In this document: piece by piece, positions 1-9,651 of the stretch
How positions within the stretch are numbered: the first letter of the stretch is position 1
How the letters are laid out: every line of letters begins with the position of its first letter
Origin: Azolla caroliniana
Taxonomy: Eukaryota; Plantae; Polypodiophyta
DNA length: 64,000 nt
Direction: 5' to 3'
Assembly: GCA_043228905.1 (NCBI GenBank)
Contig: JBHGNT010000008.1
Span: forward strand, 7,378,001-7,442,000
Program-made: the position numbers and the translations under genes
The notes under the pieces: generated by a model
Database searches by the model: none
Told to the model about the DNA's origin: nothing
Seen by the model: the letters and a program-made list of their open reading frames with translations, nothing else

Positions 1-2200
1 CTTCTTGCTCTTGTATCTCTGTCTCTCTCGTGCTCACGTCTGTCTCTGTATGCCTTTCTCTTCTTCGATTTTCTTCTTTCTCTTCTTTTTCTCTCTTTCT
101 TCTTCTTTTTCTGTCTTTCTTCTCCGTCTCTCCATGTCTTGCATGACTTCTTCCATTTTTCCTCTCTTTCTTTCTCTTCTTCTCTGTTTGTGCTGCTCCA
201 TCCTTTCTTCTCCATCATTCTTTTTTCTTCCTTTTGCACTATTTATCCTCGTTCTATGCCTGTTTTTGCTTCCTCTCCTTCTAAAGCTCCATAGTATCCA
301 TCCCTCGGCGCCAGTCGCCGTCTGTCTCTGCCTCTGCAACCGTCTCTGTGCGGCCACTGTCCGGCGTCATCGTCTTTATTAGCCCTATCCGGCCTATCTC
401 TATTCCGGCCGTCGATCCGGCCGCTGTTCACCCTTCTATTCGTCCAATGTCTCTGTCCAGCCCTTTCGGTTGCCTCTCCGTCACTTTGGCCATCTCCTAG
501 CTGTTGTTGTCCGTTGTCCGGCCGTTTGTCCGGCCGTTGTTTGGTCGTTATCGTCAGGCATCTTCGTCGTCCTGCCGGCTCTGTCTGACTCCCGCCACCA
601 TTTCCGTTTTCTTCTCCGTCTCCAGCCACCAGTTTCGCCGTCTCTGTCTAGCACTGTCATTCATCTTCCGGTTCATTTGTTTATCTGGTCCGGTCTGTTT
701 TAGTCCATCCGGCCGTTCTTACTGGCTGTTTCTGGTTATGCGCCCAACCGCTGCTGCTCTGGCCGACGATCCGTCGTCATCCATCATTCCGGTCGTTTCC
801 GACTCTGTTGTCCTTCCACTCCGGCCGTCGTCAATTTCTGTTGCCTCTTCTGGCCTTCCATCTTTGTCACGGTTTCGGCCTTCCTCCAGTTGTCGGTGTC
901 TTGCGTCGTCGCCATCTGGATGTCGTCATTGTCTTCCCGTCCGCGTCTGCATCTCTATCTCCGTCTCCGGCCATCATTGTTCGGCCGCCTATCCATCTTT
1001 GTTACGCTTCTGCCGTTGTTCGGGCGCCTCCGTTCCTACGCCGTTCGGCCACTCCGACTGCTCTTCGGTTGCTCTTCGGCCCGTTCAAGTCCGATCAGGC
1101 TGGTTTTCCGGTAGTCAGTTCGGCTGTTATCCGGCTACTCCCATCTCTGGCCATTCCAGTCGGCTCCCGCTCCGGTCACTATTGCTTTTCTCAAGCTTTC
1201 CATTGGTTGGTCTCTGTTTGGCCGACTCCATCTTCGTCCAGTGTCTCTCCGATCTTATTTCGGCGTCATCATTGTTCCTGTCGTCGGTTGTCGAGCCGTC
1301 GCCATCGCTCCAGTCCCTATTTGGCCATTCCCGCCGTTCTGGATGTTGTCCAACTACTCCAGTCGCTTTACAGCCGTTGTCTGGCTATTCTAGCCACTTT
1401 GACAGTTAGTGTCGTCCTTGTCTTTTTGGTTGTCTCTCGCACCACACTTTCCTGCACACACACATTGTCGTTAACCACACACTTGAACATACGTTTGTTG
1501 CGTATCCTTTTGGCGACCACTAAGGCGACCCCCCTTTGGAGACGAAGTCGAAGACTAGGATGCGGCAAAGACATGGCAACGATGAAATGTGCGAGAAATC
1601 AAATGGATGATGTGCGGGAAATGGTGATGTTGATTAGAAGCCGTCGAGGTCGAGCAATCCCATCGTGGTCGCCAAAAGGTGTTATAGGTTTTAGGGTTAG
1701 GGTTAATGGTAATGATGATTATCGATGACGAAGATAGAAATGGTGGAATAGTGAAGATGGTGGAGAGTATGATGGTGAGAGAGATTGAGATGAAGATGTT
1801 GACAAGTGATTGAGAAGCATTACGGGGTGGGGGGTGGTGCCTAGAATGGCTCCACCCCCCTCCCAAGGGGGTTCAACGTTAAGGGGAGATAGAAGAGAGA
1901 GATGACAAGAGAGAGATTGAGAGAGAGAGAAATGGTTATTCATCATTCATTCCCCATAAGGGGGTTAAATAGTACAAGAGGGGGTAGATACAAAGGGGTG
2001 TAAGCCCCCTAGAGCATTCATACTGGACACTCACTCATACCTCCTCGTATCCATCCACATGCACACACGTGTGCATGTGTTCACATACGTATCGACTCAC
2101 GATTACATTTATGCCCCCTAAAAACACACAACAATCATCATGATAACATTTGACCCTCGCTCATCACATTGACTCTCCGTACATCTCGTACGGGGTAACA
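1..2200 (-). mobile_element. Element B: 5' part of a minus-strand LTR retrotransposon (5' LTR 1680-2200, PBS, low-complexity internal region running off the left edge)
   Basis: Segment 1680-2200 is bounded by TGTTA...TAACA. Just inside it on the minus strand is TGGCGACCACGATGGGATT (1656-1674), complementary to a tRNA-Arg 3' end. Sequence right of 2200 resumes inside element A's LTR. No recognisable protein domains in 1-1650. Confidence 0.7.
1656..1674 (-). promoter_or_regulatory. Primer-binding site (tRNA-Arg type) of element B
   Basis: Plus strand aatcccatcgtggtcgcca resembles a tRNA-Arg(UCG) 3' end including CCA and lies 5 nt from the LTR edge. Confidence 0.75.
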
Positions 2201-4425
2201 AACCACACATCTAGCATATAATCATGTATATACTTCCTCATTGTAGGTTTTAGCTAGCATCATGTGCATAATTTCTCCCTTGTATTATTTACACTTGGCA
2301 CATGCATGCGTAGCTATTGCCTACATGCTCTATTGTATCACATGTGTGCAACAAGTATGCATGCCACTTTGTATAAATAGTTGAGTTCACCTTGAAGGAA
2401 TTCAAGGTGAACAACGCCAGTCATGGACATATCAATCTAATATTCTCGTTTCGCCCAATCTTGTCTCCTTAATCTTCATCTCTATCTTTATGCTCATGTG
2501 TCATTCCGTCATTGCTTCGTCGTAGCCTCATCATCCGTGCTCCGTCTTAGTCCACGCTTGGTGTGTCCGTGACAATTTGTTCACCTTCCAACTAGAAGCA
2601 TCACCCGTCTCCGTCATCGCCCTTGCTTCTAGAGTTACCATCGTCACCGTAGCATCATCAACATCGCTTCATTTCCTATCTTCCTCGCCGTTTCTATCTC
2701 CTAGTTTTTTCTCATAATTTTCATTGGTTTTTAGTTTCTCCTCATCATTGTCTCTATTTTTTAGTTTCTTTCCCGTTCGTGTTCGTGTTCCAGTTCCCAG
2801 TAAGGGCAACACAAGGCCGTTCACTCCTGTTGGTGTTCATGTTCAAGTTCCCAGTGAGAGCTGCATGGTCGCTAAAGCTCATTCGTGTTCGAGTTCCTAG
2901 TGAGGGCTGCATGGTCACTCACGCCCGTTCGTGTTCGAGTTCCCGGTGAGGGCTGCATGGTCGCTCACGCTCGTTCGTGTTCGAGTTCCTGGTGAGGGCC
3001 GCATGGTCGCTCACGCCCGTTCGTGTTCGAGTTCCGTGTGAGGGCCGCATGGTCGTTCACTCCTGTTCGTGTTCCAGTGTCCGGTGAGGACTGCACATGG
3101 CCGCTCACTCCCATTGGTGTTCATGTTCGAGGTCCCGATGAGGGCCGTATGTTCATTCACGCCCGTTCGTGTTCGAGTTTCCGGTGAGGGCTGCATGGTC
3201 GCTCACGCCCATTCATGTTTGAGTTCCCGGTGAGGGCCGCATGGTCACTCACTCCCATTCGTGTTCTAGTCTCAGGTGAGGACCGCACATGATCGCTCAC
3301 TCCCGTTGGTGTTCGTGTTCGAGTTCCCGGTGAGGGCCGCTTGGTCGCTCATGCCCGTTGGTGTTCGAGTTCCCGGCAAGGGCCGCATGGTCGCTCACAC
3401 CCGTTCGTGTTCGAGTTCCCGGTGAGGGCTGCATGGTCGCTCACTTCCGTTCCTGTTCCTGTTCCTGGTGAGGGCCGCATGGTCACTCACTCCCGTTCGT
3501 GTTCCAGTCTCCTGTGAGGACCGCACATGGTCGCTCACTCTAGTTATTTTTCATGTTCCACATCCCGGCGAGAACTGACATGGTCGCTCATGCCCATTGC
3601 GGTTCATGTTCCAGTTCTCGGTGAGGACCACACATGGTTGCTCACTCGTTCGTGTTCCAATTCTCGGTGAGGACAACATGGTCATTCACACCCGTTGGTG
3701 TTTGTGTTCCAACTCTCAGCGAGGACCGTTCCAATTCCCGGCAAGGACCACACATTGTCACTCATGCCCCTTGGTGTTCATGCTCCTCATGAGGACCGCA
3801 CATGGTCACTCACACCCGTTGATATTTGCATTCTAGTCCTAGGCAAGGACCACACATGGTCGCTCATGCCCGTTGGTGTTGAATACGTCGTCTTGTCTAG
3901 GGTTCACAAAATACATTGGAGGTGATCTAAGATTTTCATCAACAATATGCCCTTAAGCTGACAAACGATTTGGGAAGGCATCGTTGGAGGGGGAATAATG
4001 TCAAGATTTGAACTCTTGACATGACCATGTTATAATCGAGTGTTATGTGTTAACCACACATCTAGCATATAATCATGTATATACTTCCTCATTGTAGGTT
4101 TTAGCTAGCATCATGTGCATAATTTCTCCCTTGTATTATTTACACATGGCACATGCATGCGTAGCTACTGCCTACATGCTCTATTGTATCACATGCGTGC
4201 AACAGGTATGCATGCCACTTTGTATAAATAGTTGAGTTCACCTTGAAGGAATTCAAGGTGAACAACGCCAGTCATGGACATATCAATCTAATATTCTCGT
4301 TTCGCCCAATCTTGTCTCCTTAATCTTCATCTCTATCTTTATGCTCATGTGTCATTCCGTCATCGCTCCGTCGTAGCCTCATCATCCGTGCTCCGTCTTA
4401 GTCCACGCTTGGTGTGTCTGTGACA
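2201..4425 (+). mobile_element. Element A: non-autonomous LTR retroelement (TRIM/LARD-like). 5' LTR remnant 2201-2574, 3' LTR 3999-4425
   Basis: 2201-2574 matches 4052-4425 with about 7 mismatches. The 3' LTR has TGTCA...TGACA ends and is preceded by a PPT (GGAGGGGGAATAA, 3986-3998). TATA box at 2372 and 4223. No coding domains inside. Confidence 0.85.
2770..3885 (+). repeat. Tandem array of ~46-bp units (occasional ~54-bp variants), about 22 copies, inside element A
   Basis: Repeating consensus GTGTTCGAGTTCCCGGTGAGGGCCGCATGGTCGCTCACGCCCGTTC; copies degrade toward both ends. Confidence 0.9.
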
Positions 4426-4726
4426 CTTTCTGGTGGAGCCTCATGCAGTCGTCATATAGCTCCGGTCATACATACTTGAGCTTCACCTTGCCTTTCACTC
4501 TGGTCACTTTATAGACGGACAACCAGTCTACATCACTAATCAATTTGTCTGTTAGAACAACATGGTCAATACCCTCTAGCGACAGACCATATATGTTGTT
4601 AAAGTCCTCCTTTGTCTTGCAAAACTTTGCAAAGTTCAGCACTCAAGGATATGGAGGAACGAGCCATTTGAAATAAAAAATCAATACATGTTACCTCTGC
4701 TCTACTGGGACATGTGTATTTAGAAC

Positions 4727-5210
4727 CATAATTGGTAGGGAAGAATCAAAAATAAAAAATCAGTCACATTCACCCAAATCCTAAATCAAGTTTGGGGGAA
4801 GTTTGCAGACACACAACCTTTGAAATCAGAAATGTGAATTGGTGCAAAATTATAACGCTAAATCGGAAATTTTCAATAGTAATCCGAAATCAACCGCTTA
4901 AAAAATCAGAAACCCTAATCTGAAATATGTATGAAATGTACCCTAATCATAATTGGTAGGGAAGAATCAAATATAAGAAATCGGCCACATTCACCCTAAA
5001 TCCTAACTCAAGTTTGGGGGATGTTTGCAAACACACAACCATTGAAATAAAAAATGTGAATTGGTGCAAAATTCCAACACTAAATCTGAAAATTTCAACA
5101 ATAATAAGAAATCAACCGCTTAAAAAATCAAAAACATTAATAAGAAACCCTAATCAGAATTCAAAGGAAATCAGAAACCCTAATCTGAAATATGTATGAA
5201 ATTAACCCTA
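4727..5210. repeat. Tandem duplication of a ~220-bp AT-rich unit containing AAACCCTAAT motifs
   Basis: CATAATTGGTAGGGAAGAATCAAA starts at ~4727 and ~4948 and is followed by colinear sequence in both copies. Confidence 0.8.
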
Positions 5211-5353
5211 ATCAAAAAAATTGTCAATCAGAAACACACCTACTACTACACCCCGATCTTCAAGACATCCTTGTTTGGAACTCCAACGACTTCGCCCTAA
5301 TCGTTATTTATAAAAGATGAACAGTCAATAGACTTATAGTTATCAGAAAGGGA

Positions 5354-5790
5354 TGTTAACTCTTAGGGCCGGAGAATGGCCTAACATAGGGTGTCTACGG
5401 AAGACACTTCACCAAAGGGGTGTTACGGCAAGAGGATTATCCTTCAACGATTAATCCGCCTTAATTAGGTTACTTAGCAAGATCGTCCTTAATGATCACA
5501 CGCGTAAGATATAACAATGAATGCAAAACGGCAATTAACACACAGAGAGATAAAAACATTAAGCTTTATTAATTAACCGCTGCTCATTACATTGTATCCG
5601 GGCCTTTAAATAGGTTTCCGGTCTGTAGTACAAAACGGTGCCATCCGCACTTGTTCGGGATCAGTCCGGATCCGGAACGGCATACCGATTCTGGTCCATC
5701 CGTCCACACTAATAGCTTACTTACAACCATTCCTAATAATTAATTAACTCCTCGGTTTCCCACTCTGGACTCCTTTGCCGACCGGTAACA
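5354..5790 (-). repeat. 3' LTR of element C
   Basis: Direct repeat of 24190-24626; TGTTAAC...GGTAACA. Confidence 0.95.
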
Positions 5791-5845
5791 CATGGCACGC
5801 CTGTGGGACAGTACCTTGTACGTCGAATCCACCATCCGACCCTTG

Positions 5846-7801
5846 CTATTCTTCGTCCAAAATATCCAAAATGCTTTGTTCGAGAGTCTCCAATTGTTCA
5901 TCTGGAATTGGTTGTTGTTGTTGTTGTGGTTGTTGCTGCTGCTCCGTTGATGGCTGCTACGACTGGTCCTTTGGTGGCTGCTGCGACTGCTCCTCCGTTT
6001 GTTGCTCTGACACCGGCGTCTTCGTCGTTGTTCCCTCCGTCGTAGTGGTCTCCGGTTGACTGGTTCCGGCCTGGCCCTCGGCCAACGACAGTTCCTCATC
6101 ACTAAGGTTAACCGTTGCCGCTTCCCGTGCTTTTTCTTCCCGAACCCTGGACCGCTCGTAGCTTTCAAATTGGATTTGAGCGTCCAACCTATCATCGTCT
6201 AGCTGAGCTACGAGTTGCCGGACCTGCGCCAGCTGTTCATCCGCCAGGACTTGGAAGTCTTCGGCCAGCTCGTCCCGTATGGCGGTGAAGTCCTCGGAAG
6301 TCAACATGTAACAATCATTTCCTTCCTTCCGCCGGTTTGCCACGTCTGCCCGTAGCAATTGGAGTTCCGCCGCATTTTGTGCCCACTTTGTCCACCATCT
6401 TACGGAGCTTTCGTCAATCAAGCATTTTGTCTGATTCAGCCATGCCTGGAGGATGCACTGAATCCGGCCCGTTCCCAACTGCGATTTGATCTCCGCAGCT
6501 TGCCGTTCCTCCTTCAATTGCTTGATGATTTTGACGTTGTCTTCCGCCTGCTCCTTGTAATGCGTCAATTGCCTTTGATATGTGCTTTGTAATTTTTGCA
6601 ATACCATTGACACTCTCTCCTTTTCTTCCTGTTGCTGCTTCTGGAGCTCCATTCGGACCTTCTCCGCCTCGTCCAACCGTCTTGTATTTTCCGCTCGTTC
6701 GTCGGCGAGCGCCGTCGCGGCCCGATCAACTTCCTGCTGGAGCTCGGCCAACCGTTCCTTATGCTCCGTTTCCAGCTGTTTGTAGTCCCGGTGCAGGTGC
6801 TCAAAATCATCTGTCTTTTGCTTGAGCCGTGCGTTGATCTGTCGACGGGCCCGGTCCTCGCGGTCCTTCTACTGGCAGAGCTCTTCCTTTAGCCGTTCAA
6901 TTTCCGTTTCCGCCGTCTTCCGCAGCTTGTCCTTTTCCTGCAACACTTTGTCTTTTTCCTCCCTTAGCCGGTCGTACGCTTGATGGCCTTTTTGGAGGCT
7001 CTCCTCTGCCCGGCGGAGGTTCTCAACAGTCTTCTTTAATTCTGCTTCGGCCGTTGTCTTCAATTCCCGTTCACGGCTCCTTAGCGCTTCTTGTGCGGCA
7101 AGTTCATCTCTCAATTCCGCGAGCTCCTGGGCCAACGCCGCATCTCTCTCTGTGACGGGTTCCGTTGCCGAGTCTTATTAGTATGTACAGGTTGGTCTGG
7201 TTCTTTGTTCTGTACACTTACCGGAGTCACCGGTGATTGGATCTATGTTGCCGTTAAGGCCATTTTGGCCATTTCTGTCGTGACCTGATCCAAGTCTTTT
7301 TCAAGGCACCGGATTCTGGACCGGGCCGTCTCTAGTTGTTCGGTTGTGACGAGCAACCGTTCGCTTTGCGCTCTTTCTTCCGCCTCAATATACCCCACTA
7401 CTCCGGCAATCTGTTTGCCTATCCACCAGAGCCACAGGCTACCAGTGCATTGTTGTTGCACTTGCACGAAGGTTTGACGGATGGGCTCGCTTGTAGGTGG
7501 GTGGTCCTGCCTAATTGCGCCGAGTTGCAATTCCGTTTCTGCCCGTGGACCACCCTGTTGTCCTGGTTCCCCTTGCGCTTCTTCTTGGTTGGCCGAGGGA
7601 AGCTACATTGACCTTTCCAGCTCTGGCGGGATGGGACTTGCCGATGCTGCCGGTGGTGCAGGGGCTTCTGATTCCGGTACCATGCGCACCGGTTCCGGTT
7701 CCTCCCTTGGCGTGGGAGTCTCAGTATGGGGAGCCGGTGTTCCCTCCGTTAGAGGGTCCGAACGTTTCCCTGCTGCCTCAACGGTCCTTGCCGACGACCG
7801 T
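5846..7801 (-). pseudogene. C-terminal part of element C extra ORF3 (Pro/Glu-rich linker, long coiled coil, Gln-rich tail)
   Basis: ORF pieces 7243-7530, 6869-7135 and 5957-6751 join through in-frame TAG stops and one frameshift near 7175. The frame continues to the TAG at 5846 and joins 17203-18048 in frame once element D is removed. Confidence 0.7.
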
Positions 7802-9591
7802 TGTCACGAAGTTTTGCGCGCGTGTGTTACTTGGGCAGGACCACGGGGGTCTCGGACTAGGGAGTACTCAAGAGATATAGAAGACCCGAGGTTTGCTTTA
7901 TGAAAATACTACTTCCCCACCCCTTCCCGAGCAAGGTCTCGTTCCCCTTTTGTTTTGTGAGGCCGGTGGCTCTCGTTGATCACGATTCGTCGACCTTCCG
8001 AGATCACCGTACGAGCCAAGTGACCAAACGAGTACAAGCAAGATGAGCACACAACATGAACGCACAAGGGGACGATAACACAAACACGAATGTCTGTACG
8101 GCTTTATGAGGAGAGGTGCATGGGCGCGCCTGAACGCTCCCTCGTGACAAGACGTCGAACGTACGAGGAAGACACAAAACACACGCACAAAATGCTCGTA
8201 CGCATTTATGAGGAGGAGAGGTGCATGGGCAAGCCCGAACGGTCCCCTCGTCACAAGACGGTCGAACGTACAAGGAAGACACAAACACACACACAAATGC
8301 TCGTACGCCTTTATGAGGAGGAGAGGTGCATGGGCAAGCCCGAACGGTCCCCACGTCACAAGACGGCCGAACGTACGAGGAAGATACAAATACATGCACA
8401 AATGCTCGTACGCCTTTATGAGGAGAGGTGCATGGGCAAGCCCGAACGGTCCCCTCGTCACAAGACGGTCGAACGTACGAGGAAGACACAAACACACGCA
8501 CAAAATGCTCGTACGCCTTTATGAGGAGGAGAGGTGCATGGGCAAGCCCGAGCGGTCCCCTCGTCACAAGACGGCCGAACGTACAACGAAGACACAAACA
8601 CACATACAAATGCTCGTACGCCTTTATGAGGAGGAGAGGTGCATGGGCAAGCCCGAACGGTCCCCTCGTCACAAGACGGCCGAACGTACAAGAAAGACAC
8701 GAATAAAGAAAGAAGGAGAGAAAGAAACACGAACAATATTGACCAAAGAGTTAAATACGTGTTCGATTCTAATGCAAGAGGACCCTTTATAAAATATGGT
8801 TTTGTTTACGATGGCAACTTATAGTTAACCACAAGCTCAATCAAAACATAAATATTAAATGCCCTTAGAGACAAGGCAAAACCGAACACGGCGAAGACGA
8901 ACACACGAGCACCACCAAAATGCCAATCCCAACGAACCACGACCACTCGAACGGCAAGCACACGGGCTTGCAACGACGAACAGGGCGGAGCAACGTCGAG
9001 CCAACGAAGCTTGGGCTCACGAGCACGTGGCGATGGGGGGATGAAGGGGTATGAGATGAAAAAAAGTGGTGAATAAGGAGATGAAGAGCTTTGAAGGAAA
9101 ATTGGCGATAGTCTCCTCCTCCCAAAACGTCCCTCCGAAATGAGCCCCCCTCGACCTCCTTTTATAGGAAAAAAGGAAGGGGGGGGTTGCCAAATTTGTC
9201 TTCAATGAAAAAAGAATAAAATTCCTTAAATCACGCTACATTGTAAGACTAGATTCGAACTGTGCACCTCTAACTAGTAGTCAATGTCACTATCCACTAA
9301 CCCACTAACTCTTTTTTATATAATATATAATTCTATCTCTATAAATTTATAGTCTGTCTCCCCTCTACCCTTTATCTCACCTCTCGCTTATTTTTTGCAC
9401 GAGCTTCTATACCTCCCTTTTACCCTTTCTTTTCCTTTTTTATTTTGCATATGCACAATTAATCGCTTTTGTGTGCACACACATTGCATATGCACAATTA
9501 ATCGCTTTTGTGTGCACACACATTGCACATGCACATTTTTGACCCCCTTTTCGCTGGTTTTTCCCACCCTCGAGCACGCCACATCACGACA
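7802..9591 (-). repeat. 3' LTR of element D (six ~105-bp tandem units, extra 39-bp duplication)
   Basis: Near-identical to 15341-17202. Confidence 0.95.
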
Positions 9592-9651
9592 TCCACCCCC
9601 ACCAAACCGCATATCCTCCGGTATGTGCCAAGAATGGCGGGCTGAGGGTGG

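Noticed and set aside
5-1728. Long Ser/Arg/Leu-rich ORFs on both strands
   Set aside because: Low-complexity, stop-poor sequence inside element B; no recognisable domain.
2770-3885. CRISPR-like or tRNA-array appearance (hairpin units, GTTCGAG motif)
   Set aside because: No unique spacers, no cas genes, eukaryotic context; no A box or cloverleaf.
2201-4425. Retrozyme (hammerhead-bearing non-autonomous LTR element)
   Set aside because: No CTGANGA...GAAA hammerhead core with proper stems found on either strand of the LTR.
4905-5212. AAACCCTAA telomere-like motifs
   Set aside because: Isolated telo-box-like words, not a tandem telomeric array.
7898-8792. Repetitive ORFs in the element D LTRs (also 15437-16442)
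   Set aside because: By-product of a 105-bp (multiple of 3) repeat; open in several frames on both strands.
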